From assembly GCA_963777505.1 (NCBI GenBank), contig CAVZQN010000004.1:1504001-1568000 (forward strand): a stretch of DNA of 64,000 nucleotides, read 5' to 3'. This DNA comes from an uncultured bacterium (lineage in GTDB: Bacteria > Acidobacteriota > HRBIN11 > JAKEFK01). Every line of letters starts with the position of its first letter. Position 1 is the stretch's first letter. Both the position numbers and the translations under genes were made by a program. The notes under the pieces were generated by a model. The model saw nothing but the letters and a program-made list of their open reading frames with translations. It was not told the origin of the DNA and did not search any database. Positions 9,748 through 18,674 of this stretch are shown here, piece after piece.

Positions 9748-10710
9748 TTAGCGGATTTGTTCGCGCCAGTAATCTACGATATCACCAAGAGTCTTTTTGA
9801 AAGGAATTTGTGGTTTCCAACCAGTTGCTTTGTGAAACTTTGAAAAATCGCCTTTCAAAAGTGGAACATCGGAAGGACGCAAACGTGCAGGATCCTGTTT
9901 CACTTCGATTTGTAATCCTGTATGTCCGATTACCATACTGAGTAGATCGCGAATCGAAATCGCGTCTCCTGTGCAAATGTTGTAGACCTCACCTGGTTCG
10001 CATTTTTCCAGCGAAAGCCAATAGGCCTTCACCATGTCACGAACATCCGTAAAGTCGCGCTCTGCATCCAGATTCCCAACATAGATCACCGGCGGACGTT
10101 TCTTTCTCTCAATTTCAACAGCCTGTTTACTGAAGTTGGAGCAAACAAAAACTTCGCCGCGCCGAGGTCCTGTATGGTTAAAGCCTCGCGTACGAACTGC
10201 TTTAATTCCGTAAGACATGAAATACTGATATGCCAGATAGTCCTGTCCGACTTTGCTGACTGCATAAGGGCTCAGTGGCCGCAAGGGATTGTTTTCAGTA
10301 ATCGGAACTTCATCGGGATGCACCATTCCATATTCTTCACTCGAACACGCAATCTGCACCCAGCAATCCAGAAGTTTCGATTCGCGCAATGCCTCAAAAA
10401 TGTTTAATTGTCCAATGATATTTGTGCTTAACGATTCCGCAGGAGCGTTCCATGAACTTGGCACAAAACTTTGGGCTGCAAGATGGAAAATTTTGTCAGG
10501 CCGCACATCGGCAATCAGTGCTTTTACAGAAGATGCATCTACGAGATTGCATTCCATCACATTTACTTTATCCAGTAGATGTTCGATGTTTTCCATTCTG
10601 CTGCGCCATCTTCGGATCCCAAAAATTTCGACTCCGGGATGTTCTCGTAAGATGTATTCAGCGAGATGGCTGCCGGCAAAGCCGGTAATTCCTGTTATTA
10701 AGACTCTCAA
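9748..10710 (-). CDS. GDP-mannose 4,6-dehydratase-like SDR
   Basis: TGITGFAG, HLAAQSFV, SSEEYG, SPYAVSK, FNHTGPRRGEVFV; TTG start. Confidence 0.88.
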   Translation of the reverse strand: MRVLITGITGFAGSHLAEYILREHPGVEIFGIRRWRSRMENIEHLLDKVNVMECNLVDASSVKALIADVRPDKIFHLAAQSFVPSSWNAPAESLSTNIIGQLNIFEALRESKLLDCWVQIACSSEEYGMVHPDEVPITENNPLRPLSPYAVSKVGQDYLAYQYFMSYGIKAVRTRGFNHTGPRRGEVFVCSNFSKQAVEIERKKRPPVIYVGNLDAERDFTDVRDMVKAYWLSLEKCEPGEVYNICTGDAISIRDLLSMVIGHTGLQIEVKQDPARLRPSDVPLLKGDFSKFHKATGWKPQIPFKKTLGDIVDYWREQIR

Positions 10711-10751
10711 TGAAATCCTCCAGATCTACCTCAACCAGAAAGACGCAGGAG

Positions 10752-11636
10752 CTATGATCGCAATTCGTATTCGTTGGCTTTCAGGTATGCAATGTATTCC
10801 GCTGTACTCTGTTGCCAGGTACGCGGTGTCTGACCTGTGGTTCGAATGTAATGCGAACAGCTCAAAACCGAGTAATTCGGCCGCTTTGCCGGCGTAGGCA
10901 AACTGTCATTTTTAACAGGTTCTACAGAATTGTTCAAGCCATACAATCTCAAAATTGTTTCAGCTTGCTCATGACGGCTGCATTCACCGGTATTGGAGAA
11001 GTGGTAAGTGCCTGTGCATTTGAGGGATAGAAGCTTCAGAACGGCAGCCGCAACATCGCCGGCGTAAGTCGGTGCGCCTATTTGATCTATCGGCGCTTGA
11101 ACTTTTCCCCCGGCAAAAGCTCGTTTCAGTATCTTTTTGGCGAAGTTGTCACCATTTCTGCCGAAAATCCAGGAAGTTCGTATGATCAGAAACGAACCGC
11201 CGCCAGCAAGGATTTGTTTTTCGCCTTCCAGCTTCGTGACTCCGTAATAATTGACTGGATTTGGTGGATGATTTTCCACGTATGGAGTGCTGTTACTGCC
11301 TTCAAAAATATAATCGGTGGAAAAATGAACCAGAAGTGAAGAATATTTTTTGCAAAGCGCAGAAAGGTGGCCGGGTGCTTGCGCATTTACAACGAAAGCG
11401 GTTTCCCGAAATTTTTCACAATCATCAACACGAGTGAATGCGGCTGCATTCAATACAAATTCGGGTTTATGTCTTAAGAATACTTTTTCAACTTCAAGAT
11501 AATCCGTAATATCGAGTTCTTGATGCTGAAATTCAGCAAGTTGCGCTCCGGAACAAGCGCGTGATAAGGCACTTCCAATCATGCCGCCGGCGCCCAGCAG
11601 CAAAATACGACGCCCTAGCGTGGGCGAATCTGCCAT
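10752..11636 (-). CDS. rfbD: dTDP-4-dehydrorhamnose reductase
   Basis: GAGGMIG, NAAAFTRVD, STDYIF, YGVTKLEGE, DQIGAPT, AKRPNYS. Confidence 0.93.
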   Translation of the reverse strand: MADSPTLGRRILLLGAGGMIGSALSRACSGAQLAEFQHQELDITDYLEVEKVFLRHKPEFVLNAAAFTRVDDCEKFRETAFVVNAQAPGHLSALCKKYSSLLVHFSTDYIFEGSNSTPYVENHPPNPVNYYGVTKLEGEKQILAGGGSFLIIRTSWIFGRNGDNFAKKILKRAFAGGKVQAPIDQIGAPTYAGDVAAAVLKLLSLKCTGTYHFSNTGECSRHEQAETILRLYGLNNSVEPVKNDSLPTPAKRPNYSVLSCSHYIRTTGQTPRTWQQSTAEYIAYLKANEYELRS

Positions 11637-12649
11637 GCTCCCTCCGTAATGGTTCCATAATGTTTCGTGTAAAAGTCGTTAAAATCCTTTTGCCGTTCGC
11701 GAATTCTCTTCCACCAACCTTCGTTTGCTGCATACCAGTCAACTGTTGATTTCAATCCATTTTCGAGCGACCAATCAGGCTTCCATCCAAGGGCGCGAAG
11801 CCGCGAACTATCCAGTGAATACCTGCGATCATGTCCCGGACGATCCGCTACATGTTGAATCAAAGAATCCGGCTTTCCAAGTAAGTTCAGGATTTCTGTT
11901 GTAATTTCCATGTTGGTGCATTCCTGATTTGCACTGACGTTATAAACTTCACCGGCCATTCCATGTTCCAACAAGAATAACAATGCGGAACAATGATCGC
12001 GGACATATAGCCAATCGCGAACTTGTTTTCCATCTCCATAAACGGGAACGTTCATGTTTTGAATCGCGTTCGTTATGAAAAGCGGAATTAACTTTTCAGG
12101 ATATTGATTTGGACCATAGTTATTGCAAGATCGTGTGATAACAACAGGCAAGTCATAAGTCTTAAAGTAAGAATATGCGAGCCGGTCCGCTCCCGCTTTA
12201 CTCGCAGAATAGGGATTAGCGGGCATCAAGTTATCATCTTCGGTAAATGAGCCCTGTTCACGGCTGCCGTAGACTTCATCCGTAGAAATGTGAATGAACT
12301 TTTTAATGTTGTATTTGCGTGCAGCTTCAAGCAAAACATACGTGCCATAAACATCCGTTCGGATAAATGCTTCGGCGCCATAGATGGATCGATCTACAAA
12401 TGATTCAGCTGCAAAATGAACGACAACGTCGCATGCCGACATAGCATGATCTACAGCTTTTGCATCGCAGATGTCACCCTGAATGAAGCTATAACGCGAA
12501 TCAGATTTAAGATCTTCAAGGTTTTCGAGATTGCCTGCGTACGTCAGCAAATCAAGATTTGTAACTTCGGCGGTTTTATCAGCTTCAAGGAGAGCATGCA
12601 CAAAATGGCTGCCAATGAACCCCGCCCCGCCTGTAACCAGATATTTCAT
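11615..12649 (-). CDS. rfbB: dTDP-glucose 4,6-dehydratase
   Basis: TGGAGFIG, LTYAGN, HFAAES, STDEVYG, YSASKA, NNYGPNQYPEKLIP, DRPGHDRRY. Confidence 0.95.
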   Translation of the reverse strand: MKYLVTGGAGFIGSHFVHALLEADKTAEVTNLDLLTYAGNLENLEDLKSDSRYSFIQGDICDAKAVDHAMSACDVVVHFAAESFVDRSIYGAEAFIRTDVYGTYVLLEAARKYNIKKFIHISTDEVYGSREQGSFTEDDNLMPANPYSASKAGADRLAYSYFKTYDLPVVITRSCNNYGPNQYPEKLIPLFITNAIQNMNVPVYGDGKQVRDWLYVRDHCSALLFLLEHGMAGEVYNVSANQECTNMEITTEILNLLGKPDSLIQHVADRPGHDRRYSLDSSRLRALGWKPDWSLENGLKSTVDWYAANEGWWKRIRERQKDFNDFYTKHYGTITEGAWQIRPR

Positions 12650-12733
12650 AAAATTAAAAATGAAAAATCAAAAATAAAAAATGAGGAACTCTTCTCTCTG
12701 TTTTTGATCTTTTATTTTTCATTTTTAATTTTA
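12649..12733. repeat. Inverted array of AAAAT(C/G/T/A)A heptamers
   Basis: TAAAATTAAAAATGAAAAAT...ATTTTTCATTTTTAATTTTA fills the rfbA-rfbB spacer; same type at 19483-19555. Confidence 0.75.
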
Positions 12734-13804
12734 GTAAATATCAATCAGACTGTTATCTCCCACCAGAAATCGATAGACCTGCGGTGGACGATCGCTTCGT
12801 GCAATGCGCGTATTCATGCCTATCAGACTATCCTCTACACGCCGGTTGAGATGCAAGAGCTTGCTGCCACGAAGAACGATGCTATGTTGAAGTTCACTTC
12901 CACGAATCTCACATTGATCCTGAATCGAAGTAAATGGACCTACGAATGAATTTTCAATAACTGTATTTTCTCCAACGATTGCCGGACCTCGAATAGTACT
13001 TCCAATAATTTTTGCGCCCTTTCCGATTTCAACACGGCCATCAATCCGTGAAGCTGAATCAACTTCACCGTGAATTCCGCGTTGCAATGTTTCCAGGATC
13101 AATCGATTCGCTTCAAGCATATCGTCCAGCTTTCCTGTATCTTTCCACCATCCATCTACAATGTGCGGCTCAACACGATAACCTTTATCGATCAAATATT
13201 GAATTGCATCTGTAATTTCAAGTTCGCCGCGCCATGAAGGTTTCAAAATTTTCTCAGTTTCAAAAATATGATGATCAAACATGTACACACCGACAAGCGC
13301 CCAATTGCTACGTGGAGCTTTCGGTTTTTCTTCCAAACGGATAACGCGATTTTCCTCTAATTCCGCAACACCAAATTGTTCAGGATTCGGAACTGAAGCA
13401 AGCAAGATCTGAGAATTCGGCTTCGACTTCCGAAAATCATCGATTAATGATTCAATTCCATTTTTAAGAAGGTTATCACCGAGATACATAACAAAAGGAG
13501 ATTCTTTTAAGAATTTCTTTGCTGTAAAAACTGCATGTGCCAGACCGAGAGGTTCAGGTTGATCGATGTATGTGATCTTTGCACCCCAGCGGCTGCCATC
13601 ACCGACGGCTTCAACAACTTCATCTTTCGTTTCACCAACAATAATTCCGATATCGCGAATTCCTGCATTTGTTAACGCTTCAATCCCATAAAAAAGGATC
13701 GGTTTATTCGCCACTGGCATGAGTTGTTTTGCGCGGGTGTAAGTGAGAGGGCGGAGTCTTGTGCCTTTTCCTCCGCTTAAAATGAGTCCTTTCAGTTCCA
13801 TCAT
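12731..13804 (-). CDS. rfbA: Glucose-1-phosphate thymidylyltransferase, long form
   Basis: GGKGTRLRPLT, KQLMPVANKP, LGLAHA, RGELEITDA, C-terminal hexapeptide repeats. Confidence 0.92.
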   Translation of the reverse strand: MMELKGLILSGGKGTRLRPLTYTRAKQLMPVANKPILFYGIEALTNAGIRDIGIIVGETKDEVVEAVGDGSRWGAKITYIDQPEPLGLAHAVFTAKKFLKESPFVMYLGDNLLKNGIESLIDDFRKSKPNSQILLASVPNPEQFGVAELEENRVIRLEEKPKAPRSNWALVGVYMFDHHIFETEKILKPSWRGELEITDAIQYLIDKGYRVEPHIVDGWWKDTGKLDDMLEANRLILETLQRGIHGEVDSASRIDGRVEIGKGAKIIGSTIRGPAIVGENTVIENSFVGPFTSIQDQCEIRGSELQHSIVLRGSKLLHLNRRVEDSLIGMNTRIARSDRPPQVYRFLVGDNSLIDIY

Positions 13805-13810
13805 CAGGCG

Positions 13811-16165
13811 CTAGAATCGGCGCGGAGGGGTGCCACTGCGGAAATCAACGAGACTCCCAAGATTCGGAAGGCTAACTGTAAACGTAAATTGGTTCTCATC
13901 GCGTCGGAAAGAATCATCCCCAAAATCAAATCGTCTCCACTCCATGCCTACGGTAAAACAATCATCATTGTAAAGGAAGCCGGCTGAATTGCGATACACT
14001 TTCTTCTCCAAGAAATCGTAATCAAACTCACCCGTAAATACAAATCTGTTCTTTAGAATGCCAAAGCCCCCATTTAAACGAACCTGGTGAGCATCCGCGC
14101 GGGTTCGGATTCCTTCGATACGAACTCGATTCGAATAGTTGTAGCTGACATTTGCATACCAACGTTCCTGATCCCTCAATGTCGAGCCAACATTGATATT
14201 TGTGATCTGTTTTTCGTAAACATCGTAGTCAATTCCAAAATCGATGTTGTAATTAACGCTTGGGTTTATCCGTAAATCTGAGCTAATGGGTGACATGGGT
14301 CGAAGCTCTGGAAACCTCTCTACATCAAAACGATCCGATTGCATCGAATAACTTTGTGATAGCCGCCATGAAATTAATTCCCATGGAGATTCAATCTCTT
14401 CTTCATAGGGTGTTGGATTGTAATATTGATATTCGTCTGGGTCATATTCTTCTGGTTCTTTGATTGGACGTTTTGAATAAAGTAAGTTTGTGATCCCAAA
14501 TGTAACTACATTCAAACCAAAAATATCATCGACATCATCAATTCTCAGTATGTTTGCAATTTCTTCGATATCCTGAATGTAACGATACGTAACCTGAGGC
14601 TCAATCGCGTGCTTCCATTTCTTGGAATAGGCCATATTTGGAGTGTCAAAGATTTTCGAAAAATTTGGACCGCGTAAATCTAATGCCATGTCCATATATT
14701 TTCGCGTCACGGCATCGTCTAGAATAACAGGAACATCACGTGATCCCGTCGCTTCTTGCTGTTGAGCGCTATAGTGCGTTACGCGATAGCCGAACCCTGG
14801 TGTAAGTGTCAGCCAGGATAGATATGTCATCGGAAATGAAATACCTGGAAACATATCGTAACGCTGATACTTGGAACTTAACTCGGAGCTGCCAAGTAGA
14901 TCGCTTCTACCAAGGTAGCTTGCCGATCCAGTGAAAGTCCAGAATAGACCAGTCGGCCCGATTTCCTGACTGCGTGCTTGAAATTCGAGTTCAGGCAAAT
15001 GAAAAAGTTGAACTTCGCGGGATCTTGAAAATTGCGTTTCAGAAAAGTCACCTAACAGGTTCATACTGTAATAAGACCAGTTACGCGTAAGAAATCCTTG
15101 TGCGCGCTGCTGTCTGCGCGCGGACCCCGCAAAACTGTTGTCTGCATCTTGAATGTATTCGAAACTGCTGAATACATCTGCCACACCAGCTACACGAAAA
15201 TCTTTTGGAAGATCATGTTTTACGTCTGCGTTTAATGTCCACTGTGGCCCTAATTCCTGATCGTCGGCATAATAGTATCTGGTAGAGCCTCCCGATTTTT
15301 CTCCTGTTGCATAACGGTATTCCGCGCCGCCAGCCCAGCCGCGAATTGCCCAATGATCGACCCAATATGTGCTATCCATCGAACGGCCCATCGCCCAGAA
15401 AAAAGAACCACCAACCCAGAATCCTTTACTGTCGTTGGGTCCAAATCCTGGAAACAGAAAACCAGTCGCTCGGTCACGTTTAATCGGCCAGATCATGTAA
15501 GGTGAATAAAAAATCGGAACTGTCTTTGCCTTTAAAGTAAAGTTCTTAAAGTGAGCATACTCGTTGAACGTTAAGCGTGTTGTGGTTGTTTTTAATTGCC
15601 AGTGCGGGAGAATCTGCGAACATTCGGTAAAGACCCCATCGTAAATCTTGTATTCATCTTCACCTAGCTTATCTAGCTTGGTGCCCCAGAAGAAAAATTG
15701 GGGAGGAACATAGCCAAAAACGTTATACATGGTTCCAGTCTGGTCCTCCATGTTCATTTCGAGCTTTTCACCCGTAATCCGTTGTCCTTCTTGATCCAAC
15801 ACTACATTTCCTGTAGCAATCAATTGCTTCGTAGCGGTGTCATACTCGGCTCGATCGGATTGAAGGCGGACCCCTTTGTACGCGATGTCGACGTAGCCTT
15901 CTAAGATGAAATAATTCGGCCTTACTTCATCCTGTGTTTGTGATGAAATGTGGAGTTGTTCTGTAAAATCAGATTTGGGAAGGGTTCCATAGCTCCCAAG
16001 TTCTTCACGGTTAGGATCGATGCTGTTTGTACCCGTGCCTTGAGATTCAGTTGGATAGACTCCGCCTGTCTCTTCCTCATCTTCTTCATCGCTTTGGGAG
16101 AAAACAAGATTGAAAAACAGGAGAGAAAATATTGTTATAAGAAGTGCCACCCGTGCAAGCTTCAT
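13811..16165 (-). CDS. lptD: LPS assembly protein LptD
   Basis: Signal peptide, OstA-like domain (ATGNVVL, FTECS..PHW), PIFYSPY, RATGFLFP, KHAIEPQVTYRY, beta-barrel. Confidence 0.88.
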   Translation of the reverse strand: MKLARVALLITIFSLLFFNLVFSQSDEEDEEETGGVYPTESQGTGTNSIDPNREELGSYGTLPKSDFTEQLHISSQTQDEVRPNYFILEGYVDIAYKGVRLQSDRAEYDTATKQLIATGNVVLDQEGQRITGEKLEMNMEDQTGTMYNVFGYVPPQFFFWGTKLDKLGEDEYKIYDGVFTECSQILPHWQLKTTTTRLTFNEYAHFKNFTLKAKTVPIFYSPYMIWPIKRDRATGFLFPGFGPNDSKGFWVGGSFFWAMGRSMDSTYWVDHWAIRGWAGGAEYRYATGEKSGGSTRYYYADDQELGPQWTLNADVKHDLPKDFRVAGVADVFSSFEYIQDADNSFAGSARRQQRAQGFLTRNWSYYSMNLLGDFSETQFSRSREVQLFHLPELEFQARSQEIGPTGLFWTFTGSASYLGRSDLLGSSELSSKYQRYDMFPGISFPMTYLSWLTLTPGFGYRVTHYSAQQQEATGSRDVPVILDDAVTRKYMDMALDLRGPNFSKIFDTPNMAYSKKWKHAIEPQVTYRYIQDIEEIANILRIDDVDDIFGLNVVTFGITNLLYSKRPIKEPEEYDPDEYQYYNPTPYEEEIESPWELISWRLSQSYSMQSDRFDVERFPELRPMSPISSDLRINPSVNYNIDFGIDYDVYEKQITNINVGSTLRDQERWYANVSYNYSNRVRIEGIRTRADAHQVRLNGGFGILKNRFVFTGEFDYDFLEKKVYRNSAGFLYNDDCFTVGMEWRRFDFGDDSFRRDENQFTFTVSLPNLGSLVDFRSGTPPRRF

Positions 16166-16256
16166 GTCAAACAATTCACACCTTACCACGTGAGCTATTC
16201 TTTTTCAATGAAATCTCAGCGGCTCAGCGCTGGAAATTCAAGTACAATTTCAGTTG

Positions 16257-17033
16257 ATGGAATGGATCGACGCGCATACTCATCTTGATTCTGACGATTT
16301 ATATATTCAAAAAGACGCAGTGATGGAGCGAGCTCTGACTGCTGGCATCGAAGGAGTGCTTCAAGTGAATAGTGAAGCAACTCCAGTAAGCATGCAGCGT
16401 TCAGCGGAAATTCTTAATGCTGATTCAAAGTTAAAACGATGGGGCGCATTTGGGATTCATCCGCATCAGGCGAGTCAGTACAGCGAATCACTCGAAGAAG
16501 AGTTGATGAAGTTCTTGCGCCTTCCAAATGTAATTGCACTTGGCGAAATTGGATTGGATTTTTATTACGATCATTCACCGCGCGAAGTACAGGAGCAAGT
16601 ATTTCAAAAACAATTACAACTTTCTTTGAAACTGAATTTGCCTGTTGTGATTCATTGCAGAGATGCGTACCCACGGTTAGCTCAGCTTTTGAAAATGGAA
16701 CAACCCAATTGGAGCGGAATGATTCATTGTTTTACAGGAAACCAGGAGGAAATGGAGCCGTTGCTGGAACTCGGTTTTCATATTTCATTCTCTGGAATTC
16801 TGACATTTCGAAGTGCTGGAGAATTACAGAAAGCAGCAGCGGCCGCACCACTCAATCGAATTCTCGTTGAAACTGATGCACCGTTTCTTGCGCCAGTGCC
16901 AAAACGGGGAAAAACGAACGAACCAGCATTCGTTGTAAATACAGGAAGCTTTCTCGCAAGCCTCCGAGGTATTTCAGCGGTGGAAATCGCAGAACAAACT
17001 TCTAAGAATTTCCGAAGCCTATTCCGTATTTAG
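16257..17033 (+). CDS. tatD: TatD family metal-dependent hydrolase
   Basis: DAHTHL, GIHPH, GEIGLD, IHCR, HCFTG, ETDAPFL. Confidence 0.93.
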   Translation: MEWIDAHTHLDSDDLYIQKDAVMERALTAGIEGVLQVNSEATPVSMQRSAEILNADSKLKRWGAFGIHPHQASQYSESLEEELMKFLRLPNVIALGEIGLDFYYDHSPREVQEQVFQKQLQLSLKLNLPVVIHCRDAYPRLAQLLKMEQPNWSGMIHCFTGNQEEMEPLLELGFHISFSGILTFRSAGELQKAAAAAPLNRILVETDAPFLAPVPKRGKTNEPAFVVNTGSFLASLRGISAVEIAEQTSKNFRSLFRI

Positions 17034-17156
17034 AACCACGGATACACACTGATGCACACGGATGTTTTATAAGTTCAAATCCGTGTTTATCTGTGTTTGT
17101 GGTTAAGAAAATCCGTGTTTATCTGTGTATCTGGTTAAATTAAGATCCGCGGTTAA
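17034..17156. repeat. 10-bp-period palindromic intergenic repeat
   Basis: AACCACGGATACACACTGATGCACACGGAT followed by two inverted ATCCGTGTTTATCTGTGT..GGTTAA copies and a partial third. Confidence 0.75.
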
Positions 17157-17165
17157 ATCTCCAAC

Positions 17166-17194
17166 TTGACGTAGACGGCGTCTCCCATTATATT
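17166..17194 (+). promoter_or_regulatory. Sigma-70-type promoter of fur
   Basis: TTGACG(17166)-17 bp-TATATT(17189). Confidence 0.7.
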
Positions 17195-17209
17195 GAAAAT
17201 GATTTTCAA
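17193..17209. promoter_or_regulatory. Fur box (autoregulatory)
   Basis: Perfect 8-1-8 palindrome TTGAAAAT-G-ATTTTCAA overlapping the -10/+1 region of fur. Confidence 0.8.
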
Positions 17210-17218
17210 GAATTTATC

Positions 17219-17677
17219 ATGGAAGAAGAAATACAGGTATTACGAGATCATTTAAATAAGAAGCGGCTGAAAAAAACATCGCAGCGCGAAACGATCCTTG
17301 AAGTTTTTCTGCAGGCCAAGCGGCATGTAACAGTTGAAGAACTTCACAACCTTGTAAGGTATCGCGATCCCAGCATCGGGCTAACGACTGTTTATCGGAC
17401 GATGAAACTTTTTTGCGAATGTAATCTTGCACGCGCGAATTATTTCCAGGAAGGTCGCGTTCGATATGAACCGCAGCATAAAACTGCACATCATGATCAC
17501 ATGATTTGTTTGAATTGCGGCGAAGCTCTGGAATTTGTAAACGATCAAATCGAACGCTTGCAAGAAAAGATGGCAGCTAAATATGGTTTCCATATGACGA
17601 ACCATCGAATGGAAATCTTTGGCTACTGTAAAGATTGCAGAAGAACCTCCAAACGCGCCGAAACTGAGCTTTTGTAA
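17219..17677 (+). CDS. fur: Ferric uptake regulator family transcriptional repressor
   Basis: TSQRETIL, GLTTVYRT, HHDHMICLNCG, GYCKDC. Confidence 0.93.
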   Translation: MEEEIQVLRDHLNKKRLKKTSQRETILEVFLQAKRHVTVEELHNLVRYRDPSIGLTTVYRTMKLFCECNLARANYFQEGRVRYEPQHKTAHHDHMICLNCGEALEFVNDQIERLQEKMAAKYGFHMTNHRMEIFGYCKDCRRTSKRAETELL

Positions 17678-17688
17678 TTTAGCTCACT

Positions 17689-17711
17689 TTGAAAATGATA
17701 ATCATTTGCAA
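17689..17711. promoter_or_regulatory. Second Fur box downstream of fur
   Basis: GAAAATGATAATCATTTGC (17691-17709) matches 16/19 of GATAATGATAATCATTATC, flanked by TT/AA. Confidence 0.75.
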
Positions 17712-17915
17712 CGTAAACTCTTGAATTCAAACGGTTTATATTCGCGATACGCTTATTCCTTCATTATAAAACCAGCTGCAACTCTGAGGAAAAACGACTC
17801 GTGCGCCTCATTCGATGGTCCGGTCGATGTGATTTTGACCTAGCAATGAACTCAAAGATAGAAACAGAAATCCTAAATTTTGCATTCACGATTCCGCATT
17901 CCGAATTTTAAAAAG

Positions 17916-17945
17916 TTGACAGTTTAAAATCTGCCTCGTTATAAT
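17916..17945 (+). promoter_or_regulatory. Consensus sigma-70 promoter upstream of HNH leader
   Basis: TTGACA(17916)-18 bp-TATAAT(17940). Confidence 0.8.
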
Positions 17946-17955
17946 GATCAGTCGT

Positions 17956-18048
17956 ATGTTGAGCTTGAAGTTGAAGCGATCGAAACGAACTAATCCGTTC
18001 CGATTTCTCAGTATAAGCAGCAGCAATAATTCTCCCACTATCAGGTGA
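17956..18048 (+). CDS. Putative 30-aa leader peptide (MLSLKLKRSKRTNPFRFLSISSSNNSPTIR)
   Basis: ATG just after the predicted +1; TGA falls inside the terminator hairpin; no Shine-Dalgarno sequence. Confidence 0.35.
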   Translation: MLSLKLKRSKRTNPFRFLSISSSNNSPTIR

Positions 18049-18065
18049 TGGTGGGATTTTTTTTT
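18033..18065 (+). terminator. Intrinsic terminator directly upstream of the HNH gene
   Basis: TCCCACTATC-AGGT-GATGGTGGGA 10-bp stem (one G-U) followed by T9. Confidence 0.85.
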
Positions 18066-18076
18066 GGTTTACAAAG

Positions 18077-18649
18077 ATGATTACTCAACATAACTTGAAG
18101 GAAACAATACCGGCTCCATTCACCTCTGCGAGCCGATTGAGTTCTCGTGTACTCGTTCTTAATTCAACATATGAACCAGTTCATATCTGCAATGTAAGGC
18201 GAGCTGTCGTAATGATCTTTAAGGGAGTTGCAGTACTTCAAGAATCAGCACACTTCAATTTGCGATCGATCAGCGCATCGATTCCTGCTCCATCTGTAAT
18301 CAGATTGCTGCAGTTTATTCACATTCCTTATAAAAGGAAGCTCGCATCAAAAAATAATATTCTGATTCGCGATCGTTACGTTTGTCAGTATTGTGGCAAG
18401 ACTCTGAAATCTCAAGAAGTAACGCTGGATCATATCCTTCCGAAATCCCGTGGAGGAGTATCAAGCTGGGAAAATCTTGCCGCTTGTTGTTCGCGCTGCA
18501 ATGTAAAGAAGGGGAGCCGACTGCCCGAAGAAGCAGGCCTCACACTCCTTCGCGATCCGCGGAATGGATCTTCTTTTCACTTTCTTCATTTACTTCGTCA
18601 TTATGGTAGCGTTGATGAAAAGTGGAGAAAGTACCTGTTCTATTCCTGA
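18077..18649 (+). CDS. HNH endonuclease (McrA/COG1403-like)
   Basis: VLVLNSTYEP, PSVIRL, RDRYVCQYCG, TLDHILPKSRGG, WENLAACCSRCNVKKG. Confidence 0.92.
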   Translation: MITQHNLKETIPAPFTSASRLSSRVLVLNSTYEPVHICNVRRAVVMIFKGVAVLQESAHFNLRSISASIPAPSVIRLLQFIHIPYKRKLASKNNILIRDRYVCQYCGKTLKSQEVTLDHILPKSRGGVSSWENLAACCSRCNVKKGSRLPEEAGLTLLRDPRNGSSFHFLHLLRHYGSVDEKWRKYLFYS

Positions 18650-18674
18650 CGATTCCCTAAATTAGGAGCACCTC

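Noticed and set aside
12416-12949. 177-aa plus-strand ORF and similar antisense ORFs (e.g. 4163-4708, 10289-10897, 59929-60342)
   Set aside because: They overlap well-supported genes on the opposite strand or translate repeat DNA, with no protein motifs
17034-17156. Repeated units after tatD as a CRISPR array
   Set aside because: Units are about 10-bp periodic and inverted, there are no unique 30-40 bp spacers, and no cas genes are present
17678-18649. HNH plus upstream non-coding DNA as an IscB/HEARO (OMEGA) system
   Set aside because: Protein is 190 aa with no PLMP or split RuvC motifs and no transposon ends; it fits the stand-alone McrA-like HNH family
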